Shown: piece by piece, positions 50,236-63,740 of the stretch | Position numbering within the stretch: position 1 is the stretch's first letter | How the letters are laid out: each line of letters begins with the position of its first letter | Assembly: GCF_030144855.1 (NCBI RefSeq) | Contig: NC_082714.1 | Coordinates: 95,852,001-95,916,000, forward strand | Length of the DNA: 64,000 nt | Direction of reading: 5' to 3' | From: Hypanus sabinus | Lineage: Eukaryota | The notes under the pieces: model-generated | Database searches by the model: none | What the model saw: the letters and a program-made list of their open reading frames with translations, nothing else | What the model was told of the DNA's origin: nothing | Made by a program: the position numbers and the translations under genes

Positions 50236-53200
50236 ATCGTCAGCGCTGGGTTAATTGGACTGAGCAGTGTCTTATGGTCTGCTTTGGGGGAACAGGCAAC
50301 TGTCCGAGTTCATCACGGAATGATTTAAGATCTCAGATCACACCTCCTCCAAACCCCGTTCATGTCTCCGAACCACCTTCACTGACACAAAGATATAGAA
50401 AAGCAGGGGTCGACTTTCACTCCTCAAGCCCGCATAACAGTTCAAACAACCCACTTTGGACTCTCAGATACAACTTCCCTTTTTCTGCACCTTCCCAAGC
50501 TTCTACTATCCCCACTTTGCTGAGAAACACACTAGTCATTTTAATGTTTATCAATACTGAAGTGATGACCTGGCATCTCGGAGAGTGAAAAACAAATAAA
50601 CAAAGGCTTCGCTAGGTTTCTGATAGTCAAATTATGTCTCATAAATCTGCTTGGTTCCTAAAATAGAATACACAATAAAACGTGTGAACCAGAAGATATG
50701 GTACATGATGGACTTGCTGGCCTTCAATAAATATGTAACTGAAGAAGTATTGTGGTCTTCTTACCGTTAGACGATAAGATGCAGGAATAGATTAGTCCAA
50801 TCGTCTTATCAGGCGTCCTCCGTCATTCCGTCATTTATTTTCTCAGTCACTTTATCCTGCCGTCTCCCTGCAACCTTAAACAATCAATAACATATCAATC
50901 TCTTCCTTCACTGCAGTCAGGGATTCAGCCTCCAGGTCCCCATATGGCTACAACAACCTCACATTCACTCCCCTCTGGCTGGTTTAGGTATATAAATATA
51001 CATCGATAACGAATATATTTCTAATCGGCTTCGCAGCCAGATGTGACACATCTGATGCAAGTGTCCGTCCTTTCAGATCTTGACTGGTCAGAAAAAAACA
51101 TTTACGTGCAATGTTACTGAAGGACGGAGAAGAGGCGCGTAGCAAATTGTACAAATGAAACAATAACGGGTGAGAGCAGATTGAGGAAAATAATTTTAGC
51201 GGTGGCTAAGTAAGTGAGAAGCGGAACTCCGCTAAAGAGAATTTATTGATTGTCAATAAATCGATAAGCAAAGAAGAGAGAGTGGGGAGGCGGGGGGGGG
51301 GGGGCTGTTGAAAAAGAAAGAGAGAGAGGAGGGCCTGAGATATAGTAAAGTTGGGGTGAGAGGTTGAGAGCAAAGAGCGGATGGAGGGGAAGTAGAGAGA
51401 GATGAAAGAGAGTTGAGTTCATCAGGCGGCAATCCGGCATATTCACCGGCAATGCACTAATGGAATGCTAACGGGCTAACAAGGTACTTGCGACACAGCA
51501 ATAAAATAGGCCTGAACTGGTGCGATTTATGAAAGTAGCAATCTGTGTGATTATTCGGGTGGGCTCACAAAAGATACAGTAAAATAGTTGGAAATTAGTG
51601 AATATCCCGCATAAACAGAAGATTTTATTAAAATTTAGCAAAAGCTGTTGCTCCATTTATATCAAACAAACGGTAATAGGAGTGGAATTTGACCATTTTC
51701 ACTCACACTTCTGCGCCTCACAATCATTTAATCATCGTTGATATCCATTTCAACCTCACTCTTCTGCCTTCCCGGTATCCCTTAACTTCTTCATCCTCAA
51801 TAACCTGCCAGCCAGGCCATGCTCTTTTATCGCTGCTGCCATCACGAAGGACCTCAGATCGCACAGCACCAGGTTCAGAAAGAGTTATTACCCTGCAAGC
51901 ATCAGGTTTCTGAACCAATGTAGAAACTTCCCCGACTCAGCTCTGAACTGATGGATCTCAAGGTGGCATTAAAGTGACAAACATGCAATTTCTTAATAAA
52001 TTTACTACGACGTTAACTTTTATGAGAACTGGCGTGTATCACGATAAAACAGTCACCATTAACCATTTTCTCTGTATTATTTATTTATTTATGTATTTAT
52101 TATCACTTTGTTACTTATTGCTGTTCACAATTTATATTACATGCTTAAATGACGGAGCTGCGTATGATGAACCTATCTGTGATGACACAAAATTATTTGC
52201 TTTTTACGGCGTTTCGACAAGGTTAGGTAAGGATGGATTTCGTAGTCCGGCAGAGTTATAGACATGCAGCTAAATAGAAGATCATCTACTTTTGCAGATA
52301 GAATAGCATTGTGTATTGCTAATCAATAGTGAGGGTTCAGATTTGAAAAATCTTGAGCCTGCATCTTTTGAGGCTCTACCCTGTTCGAGTTCAACACGGC
52401 CTAGTTGTCTAAGTTGTATACACAAGCCTGGGCAGTATGATATACAGAGCCAGCTGTTCCCCATAGAGCAGGCTCCCTCTCTCTGTGCAGCCGATACAGT
52501 TTGGCACCAGTGGTGTTGCAGGAGTTGCCAGTCAGCGTTGAACTCAACATAGGACTGACTGAGCGACCCCAGCTTGAGATATTTCCTCAGGGTTTTCTCC
52601 CGAAGTCTTCCCCATGAGTGGGTATTGTCGCAAGGCAGTGGAATTTGAGATCAGAGGTTCCTTCTCGTAGATCAGCTGGCAACCACAGCTAACGAGTCAT
52701 ATCTGGCCAAAGCAAATGTGTTAAAGGTGCCAGCAGGCCGCCTTTATCTCTTAATAACCAACAGTGAAGATTTGGATTAATAGAGTATTAGAATATCCTG
52801 AAAGTTGAAACGCTCACGGCGCGCTTAGCAGTTAACCATCCCGTGGCCCAGAATCTAAACTTGGTGGTCAGCGGGTATCTCGCACGAACACCATTAGGAC
52901 CACATCATATGCAGTGGGAGCTCAACCCCACGACCCAACACCCACTCCTGCCACCAGATTATGTGAAACCCAAGGCTTGTGTGTTTTTATACGGATAGGA
53001 GAAAGGCTTATATTAGCCTGTGCTCATGTGTACTTGAACGATAAGCAATAATGTCTGCTTCTTCCTCAGCTCATCACCCCTACTGGGGCAAAGGCTGCCG
53101 ACAGCAGCACGCCAGAGTCACCACATGAATTTATACGTCTTCTCGGCCAACGTCCTTCCTCTCTCAGGAATGAGGATTTTGGATCTTCTCTTGGAATTTC

Positions 53201-54311
53201 TGCAGCTCTGGGTTTTTACGGGATGGGTTTGCTAGACACATGTCCAAACTTCCCACTTTTGCAGACGGGCTTGCGACTGTCCATGGTGGATGTCTTGCTG
53301 CAAAAATAAAGGGAGCTGGTATGATGAGAATTGAAATACCGTGCGAGGGTCGGATCTTCCCGGGCAGGATATGTGAAATCACTGACGAAGCGAATATGTC
53401 AATGATGAATACTGTTGATTTCCGTATAAAAGGAAATAAAGCAGACCGGGACTGTTCGTTTTTTTAACGAGAGGCCATCAAACTGAAACAACTGGACAGA
53501 AATGATAGGAATACAACGGTAATAGTTTTCCTGGTCGGGGTATTTAGAATCAAGTGTCAGTGTATCAAAACACAATTTGTGTCAATCCGGACCGAAATCA
53601 GAAATAATTTTGTTTTATTTTTCTGTGAACTTGATGATCAGTCGCTAAGTATATTCAGGAAGGGATCTGAAGGATCTTCAGCTACAAGAGGAATGCATAC
53701 ATACAGACGCAGTGCAGAGACGCGGAACCTAGGAAAATTTTTACTTGCAGTGTCATTTAATGGTATGGGAGGTGCGATGATCCAGAGAGCGAAAGGCCAA
53801 CACATGTCCTTAATCATTTTGTACAGGCTCACACTGCAAGTCCAAAGCGTCAATAATTTTCAGGGTGGTGATCGTGGGGCCAATACAGGAGTTGTTGGAG
53901 TTCTGAACTTCCATGTTAAAAACGAGTACGTATGCCATCCCGCAGCTGATCCCAGAAGTGTTTTTGTTAGGACAGGTCATTCTTTGTCATTAGTTACCCG
54001 TCCCTACACCACACATTCAAGGTGTCAATCACTCAAGTTCTTAGTGTGATAAATTAATTAACTCAGGTTTTAAATTTGCATTGTTCGTCTTTCTTTTACT
54101 CATTGTTTGTTTGTGTATAGTTTTTTGATTGATTCTAGTCGATTGTTTTTGTTCTATTCTAAATACCTACAGAAAATGAATCTTATAGTAGTATATGGAC
54201 TCTAATGGTCCATTTACTAGTGTGGATAACTTCACTTATAATCAAAACTAAACTGATTCCACAATCTATGGACTCAACTTCAAGGATTCTAGAAATACAT
54301 CAGTCCATCTG

Positions 54312-54313
<2 letters not shown>

Positions 54314-54351
<38 letters not shown>

Positions 54352-54367
54352 CCCCCCCCCCCCCCCC
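54314..54367. repeat. (TC)n followed by C18
   Basis: Direct reading; the paralogous (CT)n tract is at ~25975-26013. Confidence 0.9.
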
Positions 54368-54510
54368 GTCATCGGACTATCGCTATATATTTATTTATTA
54401 TTGTTATTGTTTTTTACATCTAATTTTCCCAGCTCTTGTTAGTAATACTTCAGGTAGAGGCACAGCGTAGCATACCCATTTGTCAATTTCCAAATAATTT
54501 CCGACGATTC

Positions 54511-54611
54511 CAGCAACACACACAAAATGCTAGTGAAATGCAACAGACCTGGCACCGTCTGTAGGAAGAAGTACAGTCGACATTTCGGGCAGAGACCCTT
54601 TGTCAGGAGAC
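54511..54611 (-). mobile_element. 101-bp short retroposon insertion
   Basis: 10-bp TSD CCGACGATTC (54501-54510, 54612-54621); empty site at ~26145-26155. Confidence 0.8.
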
Positions 54612-55506
54612 CCGACGATTCTAGGCTGTTTAGTATTGTGGCTTTCTGACGAATTACAAAGATATTACTGAGTAGCTGTAATTGTTTAGTGCGATTCTGT
54701 AGTGCCGTTGACGTGAAACCATTTGTAGAAAATACTATCGAGTCAATGTTCTCCTTGTTCCTGTGCCAAAGTCTTATAATTTCCTCTTTTAATAATAATT
54801 ATTATTATTGTATTCCCTTAGTTTGTCTATTGTGCGTTGATGACTTGTCTCTCCTATGTGTAGGTTTTCATCAATTCTTTTACAAATTTTGTTCTACTCG
54901 CTTTCGAAGATTCTACGATCATGTTATCATTATTATATAATAAATTTATAATGAAAATTATCCTTTGTTTTTCTATTTTCTTTTGCACACTGAATGTTTG
55001 TCAGTCTCTCTGTGCAGTTGTTCATTGATTCTATTGTCTATCATTGTTCTACTTTGAACGCCTGCAAGAAAATGTATATGGTTGCATATACAAACCTTGA
55101 TAATAAATTCTCATCGAAGTTAAACTTTGATCATGAGTCGATTGTGATTTATGAATTTTAGCGATCAGCTTTATTCAAATCCTGACTCAAAAGGGAAATA
55201 ACGGCATTTTTATGACATGGTTTTTCAAACGCAAGAACTGTGTCAGTACATTCATATGTCTGTTCTGAAGACGGTGACAGGGATTTTTTGCAGAGAGTAG
55301 GTTTGGTCGCTCGCTGAGACCGACATTAGCTGCTGCATCTTGCTAACTGCAGCCGTCAATCGAATGTCCACAATCCCCACCCTAGATATTGATCAGACCG
55401 GATTGCCTTGGATCTTTGACATAACATAGCTAGACAAAATATTTTGAAGGTAGAGTTTAATATTTTTACGATCATGGAATTCGCAAACAGTAGATTACAG
55501 AGAACA

Positions 55507-55738
55507 CAAACGCGAGGAAATCTGCAGATGCTTTAAATTCAAGTAACACACACAAAATGCTGCTGGTAACGCAGCAGGCCAGGCTGCATCTATAGAAAAA
55601 AGTGCAGTTGATGTTTCGGGCCGAAACCCTACGACAGGGCCTACTGAAAGAAGAGAAGGTAAGAGATTTGAAGTGGGAGGGGAGGGGGAGAACCGACAAG
55701 ATAGGAGAAGACAGGAGGGGGAGGGAGGAAGCTAAAAC
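55507..55738 (-). mobile_element. 232-bp short retroposon insertion in the cluster 2 promoter region
   Basis: 9-bp TSD CAGAGAACA (55498-55506, 55739-55747); empty site CAGAGGACA at 26708-26716. Confidence 0.85.
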
Positions 55739-55747
55739 CAGAGAACA

Positions 55748-55920
55748 GGTGGTCAGTCTCCGCTCACATCCTGCCTCTGCTCCCACCCACTCATTAACAT
55801 CTCTGGTTAATAACGAGCCCGGAGCGTCCAGTTCGCAGACATTAGAACCGGAGCCGCTCCTGGTGTTTGCACAACAGCGCACGGTTCAGTTGGATGTTAG
55901 GACGTTCGCTGAACGAAGGA
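55748..55920 (+). promoter_or_regulatory. Putative cluster 2 proximal promoter (degraded)
   Basis: Homologous to 26715-26889. E-box CAGGTG is kept (55746-55751); the octamer-like site is changed to GTTTGCAC (55865-55872). Confidence 0.45.
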
Positions 55921-57620
55921 ATGTCGCCAGTTCTGCATCTCCTGTGTGCCCTAATGGTTCATTTACCATGTGAGAGGCGTGTTTGTTAACCTACGAATTC
56001 TCTGCAAAGAAATTCGTTGAAGCTCTGAAAGCCATTCTTCTACGAGTCTTCAGCGATGGATAGCACTTCTGATGGCTGCAAGTGACCTGTTTGATTTATT
56101 GTGTCTTATTGCAGGTATGCTGGCGGTCCCAGTCCTCGATCAGACACCAGTGTCCGGTCCTGCCTCTGCGGGACAGACTGCCCGCTTAGAGTGCCGAATG
56201 CAGAACGGAAACGTTGGAAATTACGGTTTTCGTTGGGACCGACATTGTCCCGGGAAGAGACCGGCGAGAGTAATATATCATGACACAAACAATACCATTT
56301 ACAGAGGACCCGGCATCACTGAACGTTTCCAACCGTCCACAGACACCTCCACCAACAGTCACATCCTGACCATCGGCAGCTTGGAGCCCGGCGACTCGGC
56401 CGTCTATTACTGCAGAGTGTGGGAAAGTGGCGTGGGTTATTTCTATGGACCGGGGACGATCCTGGAGATAAAGAGTAAGTAAACTTCTCGTTCTATATCA
56501 AATTACGTTTCCGAAGAAATCCCTTTTACGGTTGTGCTGCTGGCTGGCTCTATACACTGTCGGATGTACCGCTGTCTCTTCAAGGAAGAATCTGCACTCT
56601 CAGCTCGGCACGGTAGGTCATTCCTCAGGACAATTTCGCAGTTTGTGACAGAGAAATGCGTCGTTACAGTCAAATAAAATGAAGGATAATAACAGACACT
56701 GAAGCTGGCAGACATTAAAAACGCTCATCTCTCTGACTCTTTCTGTATCTTCGCCACTTCGTGTTGCCTTAACGGACGGCAAGATATCGATATCCACATT
56801 GCCAATCCAATCTCGCTCTGCTCCCCTCTATCAACAGATTAAGCTGAAATATCCATAAGCACATATTAGAGCACAAATTTAGATTTGATGATTTGTAGGT
56901 GTCTTCCCCCTATCGCGCCTGCTCCCCAGCTACATCCCTCACCAAAGACGACAACAGCAGGACGGCATCAAATGCGTGTAAATAAGTGGATTGCGATCGC
57001 GGTGTGGACAGTTTTGCTCAGAGATGGCGTTTCGACTGGAGTTAACCGCCTGAGAGAGCGGCGGGTACCAAAAAAAAAAATCTGAATAACACACATATCT
57101 AAATGTAACCTCGCGAGAGCGCAGTTCCAGACCTGAGGGGTGGGCGATAATTCCATAATAGCGTCTGTCGATGGGTTTAATGATCGCATTCTGAGCCCTA
57201 CCTTTCACTGATTGTCTGTATCTTTGTGGGTGGCGCTGTTCAGGAAATGCACACATTAATGATGATACTTTCCTCTTCCTCCCACCACCTTTCTCACACA
57301 CAGGTAGCGAGAGCTGAAAGCCCTCTGTCCTCCTGCTCCCTCCCTCCCCGGAGGAGACCGGTTCGGGTTCTGCCACTCTTTCCTGCTTTAAGCCTGGATT
57401 GGTCGCGCTGCGCTGGAGCGTGGATGGCGTCGAGACGGACAGTGGCGTGACGGCAGGCGCCGTGTCCCTGGACACCGACCAGACCTACAGGCTGAGCAGT
57501 TACCTGCGGGTTCCCGCCGCTGCCTGGAACAAGGGCTCGAGCTGTTCCTGCAGCGTGAGCCACAGCTCGCTGAGCTCGCCGCTGCGCAGCACCATCTCTT
57601 CATCCGCCTGTGGGCAGTGA
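55921..57620 (+). pseudogene. IgL type I cluster 2, germline-joined VJ, C exon inactivated; exons 55921..55969, 56115..56474, 57304..57620
   Basis: Paralog of cluster 1 (by hand: VJ 41 differences in 360 nt; C 20 differences in 317 aligned nt). AGA>TGA at 57315-57317; 12-nt deletion (LVSG) between 57386 and 57387; YSC>CSC; leader donor CAT|GTGAGA. Confidence 0.9.
56115..56474 (+). CDS. IgL cluster 2 germline-joined VJ exon, open frame
   Basis: Acceptor TTGCAG| at 56114, donor |GTAAGT at 56475; VPVLDQTP...ECRMQN...WDRHCPG...YYCRVWESGVGYFYGPGTILEIK. Confidence 0.92.
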
Positions 57621-57741
57621 CTCCCCGCCGGGTGGCAGCTCACGAATACAGTGAAACCTGCCCTCGGGCTGTGCAGCGGCCTTCTGCAATGTAATTCTGT
57701 AGCAAATATCAGTTTCTGGGAAAATGTTTAACATATTCAGA

Positions 57742-57747
57742 AATAAA
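57742..57747 (+). terminator. Polyadenylation signal of IgL cluster 2
   Basis: AATAAA at a position comparable to 28705. Confidence 0.6.
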
Positions 57748-58764
57748 TGTTTTGATCACACATCGTTTGCAACGCGTAATCCGATGTAGAATGTTTTCTG
57801 ACTATGCTGTGTTTGAACTTCAGCTGTTTGTAGAGTGAGGAAAGATTCACCAGGAGACGATGACCGCATTGTGATTGAATTTTGTAACACAGCAGTTAAT
57901 AAAAAGCCAAATCAGCGGCCGGTTTACAGTGGGTCTCTCTTTATTCGGCTGCTCTCTGTGGGTCGAATGAGTTGGGAGCGAGTAACATGACGAACTTGAA
58001 CTGACTGACATAGACTTACAGTCAAGCCAGTTCAAACGGCTTATCCGCCCCTGCTTATCAATGCCGATCTCTGTGTACTCCACCTTCAAGGATCAATAAT
58101 CAATGCTATTCACCGTATAAAGTTCAATGCATTAGGAATTTGCTGCGTGTGCTCGCGTGACATGTAAAAAAAATTCAAGAATTATAACGAATAATTATAT
58201 AAAATTAAAGTTAGAAGTTAAATTCAGTATATGGAATAAAATGTGCACAAACATATAAATAACAGCATCTATGTACATTGTCCGCAACATTATGAAACGA
58301 GGTTTAAAGTATTTACAATTCATTGCAGTCATTTGGGTAATAGATGGGGATGCGGAGTTACTACAAATGGTTGATCAGATTCATAGCCTGGGGAAGTAAC
58401 ACAAACAAACTGCTGGAAGAAGTCACCAGGTCTGGCCGGCGCTATAGAAAGCTCTCGACTCGAAACGTGACTGTTTATTCATTTCCATATATTCTCCATG
58501 ACCTAAGAAGTTCCTCCAGCATTTTGTATCAGCTGCTCCTAATTTCTAACATCCGCAGAATCATTTAACTGCCCGGGGAAAGAAAGTTTTACGATTCCTA
58601 TGATGGCGTGAAATGTTTATTTTCATAGTCCTATAAAGCTATCCACAACAATTTTCTTTTCTGAAAAAGGCAACTTCCAAGATGCGTAGTGGCTGTAATG
58701 ATTTTTCCTGTCCACCTCTTTGATCTGGAAATATATTTTGTAAATAAATATATTGTATTTCGGA

Positions 58765-60845
58765 AACAGAAAGATCGAAAACCGACAGAACACGACAGGC
58801 CCTTCAGCCCGCAAAATGTGTCGAAAATATCCTTACCTTAGAAATTACCTAGGGTTACCCATAGACTCTAATTTTCTAAGCTCCATGTACTTACCCAGGA
58901 ATCTCTTAAAAGACCCTATCGTATCCGCCTCCACCACCGTCGCCAGCGGCCCATTCCACGCACTCACCACTCTCTGCGTAAAACCTGCCCTTGATATCTC
59001 TTCTGAACCTAGCTCCTTAAAACTGTGCCCTCTCATGCTAGCCATTTCCACCCTGGGAAAAAGCCTCTGACTATCCACACGATCAATGCCTCTCATCCTC
59101 TTATACACCTCTATCAGGTCACCTCTCATCCTGCGTCTCTCCGAAGGAAACAAAAGAAAATACACTCAACCTGTTCTCATAAGGCATGCTCCCCAAACCA
59201 GGTACATCTTGCAAATCTCCACTGCACCCTTTCTATGGTTTCCACATCCTTCCTGTAGTGAGGAGACCAGAACTGCGCACAGTACTCCAAGTGGGGTCTG
59301 ACTTATATAGTTGTAACATTACCTCTGGGCTCCTAAACTCAATCCCACGATCGATGAAGACCAATGCACCGTGTGCCTGCTTAACCATAAAGCCAGCTGC
59401 GCAGCAGCTTTGAGTGTCCTGTGAACTCGGACCCTAAGATCCCGTTGATCCTCCACACTGCCAAGAGTCTTAAAATTAAGACTATATTCTGTCATCATAT
59501 TTGACCTATCAGTATGAACCACCTCACACTTATCTGTGTTGAACTCCGTTCTGCCAATTTTACCCCAGTTTTTTTATCCTATCAATGTCCCGCTGTAACC
59601 TCTGACAACCCTCCACGCTATCCACAACACCGTGTGTCCTCAGCGAATTTGCTAACCTATTCCTCCACTCCCCTCTCGAGGTCATTCAGAACAGAACCCT
59701 GAGGCACACCACCGTTCACCGACGTCCATGCAGAATATGACCCGTCTACAGCCACACTTTGCCTTCTGGATCCACAAAAGCAATGTCCCCTTGGATCACA
59801 TGCCTCCTTACTTGCTCAATACGTCTTGCATGGGGTACCTTTTCAAATACTTTGCTGAGACCATTATACACTACATCTACTGCTGTACCTTCATCAATAT
59901 GTACAGTCAAATCCTCAAAAAATTCAATCAGGCTCGTAAGGCACCACCTGTCCTTGACAAAGCCATGCTGACTACTCCTAATCGTACTATGCTTCTCCAG
60001 ATGTTCACAAATCCTGGTCTCAGGATATTCTCCATCAACTTACCAACCACTGAAGTAAGCCTCACTAGTCTATAATTTCGTTGGGCTATCTCTACTCCCT
60101 TTCCTGAATAATGAACAACATCCACAACCCTCCAGTCCTCCGGAACCCCAATGATGAAACACATTTCATCACCAGAGGATCGGAACTCTCCACCCTCGCC
60201 TCCCACAGTAGCCTGGGGTACATCTCGTCCGGTACCGGTGGACATCCAACTTGATGCTTTCCAAAAGCTCCAGCATATCTTTTTTATTAATATCTACATG
60301 CTCCAGCTTTTCAGTCCGCTGTAAGTCATCCCTACAATTGTCAAGATCCTTTCCCATAGTGAATACTGAAGCAAAGTTCTCATGAAGTACCTCTGCCATC
60401 TCCGCCAGTTCCATACACGCTTTTCCATTGTCACATCTGATTGGTCCTATTCTCTCACGTTTTATCCTTTTGCCTTGTAGAATGCCATCTGGTTTTAATG
60501 GCGCCTTCTGGCTCTCCTAATTCCTTTCTTAAGCTCCTTCCTGCTAGCCTTATAATCTTCTAGATCTTTATCATTACCTAGTTTTTCGAACCATTTATAA
60601 GCTCTTCTTTTCTTCTTGACTAGATTTACAACAGCCTTTGTACACCTCGGTTTCTGTACCCTACCATCCTTTCCTTATCTCATTTGAATGTACTTATGCA
60701 GAACTCCACACAAATATCCCCTGAACATATGTTGCATTTCTTCCGTACACTTCCCGGAGAACATCTGTTCCCAATTTATGATTCCAAATTCCTGCCTGAT
60801 TGCCTCATATTTCCCCTTACTCCAGATGAACGCTTTTCTAACTTG
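58765..60845 (-). mobile_element. CR1 LINE (linker-RT-3' end), decayed; unit-2-specific
   Basis: LAEVLHENFASVFT...; NYRLVRLTSVVGKLME; RGHSFKELG. Similar to the element at 18077-20995. Confidence 0.88.
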
Positions 60846-61589
60846 TCAGTGGATGCTGCACTAGTCCAGATAGTCATGACTGATATGAGGATGGACTCCA
60901 TGTTGGCAGTATAGAATTTCAGACTTATCATCTCTCATCTCCCGCCATCACCTGTTCGTCCGTTGATCATCTATCTATCCCGTCCCAACCCCTACCTGTC
61001 TTCATCGTGTTCACATATCCGCCGCTCTCTGAGCAAACCCTGACCTCCCATCGTGAGTGGTACACTGCAAAGATGGTTCCGCATGTCCTGGGCCTTCCCT
61101 CCATCTGATTTAGATTTTCGCTCAATCCATTCACGCATAAATCTCAAAGCTTTAAACACCCACTATTCTACTCCTTTTAAATACCCTACATCCTGTGAGT
61201 GTGGGTGGAGGGACTGACAATGGCAATAGATTCTCTAACCTGCTAAATCTGTGACCTGACCGCATCCAACAGGAAGTGTCTGCTCCATTTCCAATTCGTC
61301 CATGTTGAGACGCGCGGTCTAGCTCCCTGCACAGCAGTAATGGCGGAGGAATATTTAAAGTTCGGGGAAGATGAATATAGTTATATAACGCACAGAATCC
61401 GAGGTAGATCTCTGTGGGATTCTGGTAAACCCAGATTTTCTATCTCTAGTACTTCACACTTCACTGCCATACTGACACTTTCTGATCAACTATTTTAAAT
61501 CCAATTGGCAAACTCAGCGCAAACATGTTATATGATCTTCCTGGCAAGCGTACTATAAGATGTCTTGTCTAAATTTACCGTGGAAAGCA

Positions 61590-63740
61590 CTAGTAGGATG
61601 CTGGACGTTCCAGAGGGTCAGGGGGCAGAGTTTTGTGACCTTGGTGTCATTACGGAGAAGCTTCTTGGAAAACCGAAAGATCTGCAGTCTGTAACTCACC
61701 TGAACAAGTTGCTATCCACTTAGGGGCTCTGAAAGTGGTGGCTGAAGGGATTGTGCTGGCATTACTAATGATCGTTCAAGAATAAATTGATTATGCCAGA
61801 CTTTCGGAGGAATGGAAATTGCAAATGTCACTCCACTCTTAAAAAATGGAGGGAGGCAGAAGAACGGAAAATATGCACCAGGTAATCTAACCTCAATGGT
61901 TGGGAAGATGTTGGAGTCGATTGTTAAGGATGTGGTTTCTTGCTACTTGGCGGTACTTGATAAACTAGTCCGTAGTCAGCTTGGTATCCTTATGGGGAAA
62001 TTTTACCTGACAAGTCTTTTGGAATTCCTTGAAGATATGACATGCAGGACAGACAAAGGGGAATCGGTGGTATTGTGCACTTGGAGTTTCAGAAGACCTT
62101 AGACAAGGTAACACACATGAGGCTGCTTAAGGCCGAATTTGGAGTATTGTGTACAGTTCTGTTCACCGAATTATAAGAAAGATGTCAACGAAATAGAGAG
62201 AGTTCAGAGAAGATTTACTGGAATGTTACCTGGGTTTCAGCACCTACGTTACGGGGAAAAGTTGAACAAGTTAGGTCTTTATTCTTTGGAGCGTAGAAGG
62301 TTGAGCAGGGACCTGATAGAGGTATTTAAAATTATGAGGGGGATAGATAGAGTTGACGTGGATAGGCTTTTTTTCCATTGAAAGTAGGGGAGATTCAAAC
62401 AAGAGGACATGAGTTGAGAGTTAGGGGGCACAAGTTTAAGGGTAACACGAACGGGAATTTCTTTACTCAGAGAGTAGTAGCTGTGTGGAACGAGCTTCCA
62501 GTAGAACTGGCAGAGGCAGGTTCGGTATTGTCATTTAAAGTAAAATTGGAAATGTATGAACAGGAAAGGAATGGAGGGTTATGTTATGAGTGCAGGGAGG
62601 TGGGACTAGGTCAGAGTAAGCGTTCGCCATGGACTTGAAGGGTAGAGGTGTCCTGTTTCCGTTCTGTAATTGTCATATGGTTAACTAATTAAGAGTCAAT
62701 GGCGTTGCAGGAAAGTTTCTAGCATGCAGAAAACATCGGCTGATTGACAGGAGACAATTGTGGAATAAAGTGAGCCTTTTCCGGTTGGCAAATAGTGACC
62801 AGTGGTGTTCCATAGGAGTCTCTGATGAGACTGATCCTTTTTTCGTTATATTTTAATGACGGATGAATTAATTGATGGTTTTGTGGCCAGTTTCTCAGAA
62901 GATACTAAGGGAGGTGGAGGGACACGTAGTTTTGACGAAGTATAGAGGCTACAGATGGACTGCGACAGATTACAGGAATAGGCAAAGAAGAAATTCGGTA
63001 TCGTACAGCTTGGTAGAAGAAATAAAAGAGTAGACTATTTTATAAATTGGAAGAAAATTTCAGAATCTGCGACTTGGGAATTCTTGAGCAGGATTTCCTC
63101 AGTGTGAATTTACAGGTCGAGTCGGTGGCGATAAGATAACTGTGATATTTGCATTCATCTCAGGAGGACTGGAACATAAAATCAAGGATGAAATATTGAG
63201 GTTTTTTTAGGCACTGGTAAGGCCTCACGCAGTACTGTGAGCAGTTCTGTCCTGTAATTTAAGAAAGTATGTTCTTTAGTTGGACAGAGGGTTAACGAAA
63301 ATGATTCCGGGATTGAAAGATTTCTCCTATTAAAAACGTTTGATGGCTCTGTGCCTGTACTCACTGGAAATTAGAAGAATAAGGGGGGATCTCATTGAAT
63401 CCTAGCTAAAGTTATAAAGCCTCGATAGAGTGGATGTGGAGAGGATGTTCCCTATGTGGGTGAGTCTAAGACCAGAGACCGCAGCCTCAGAATAGAGGGG
63501 CGACCTTTCACAACGGATCTGATGAGGAATTTCTTCAGCAAGAGAATGGTGGCACGTCTGCGGAGGCCAAGTCATTGAGTATACTTCAGGCAGAAGTTGA
63601 CAAATTCTTGATTAGTCAGGCCGTGAAGGAATACGGGAAGAAGGCAGGATATTGGTGCTGAAAGGGAAAAATAACCAGTCATGATGAAATGACGTAGCAG
63701 GCTCAATGGGTCAAATGGACTAATTCTGCTCAACTATCAT
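61590..63740 (+). mobile_element. Old CR1 ORF2 fragment with a nested younger CR1 3' end (~62128-62680)
   Basis: ANVTPLLK...YAPGNLTSMVGK; nested EYCVQFCSPNYKKDV...TRGHELRV inserted between sequences contiguous in unit 1. Confidence 0.8.

Larger units (their letters stand above)
32166..63560 (+). repeat. Tandem segmental duplication unit 2
   Basis: See unit 1. A further unit starts at ~63560-64000 (matches ~270-700 and ~32400-32840). IgL ATG-to-ATG spacing is 29031 bp. Confidence 0.85.

Noticed and set aside
53579-54049. 156-aa plus-strand ORF
   Set aside because: Not open in the two paralogous copies and no recognisable domain.
56939-57603. Minus-strand ORFs of 71-178 aa over the C exons (also 28213-28631)
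   Set aside because: Antisense shadows of GC-rich C1 exons.
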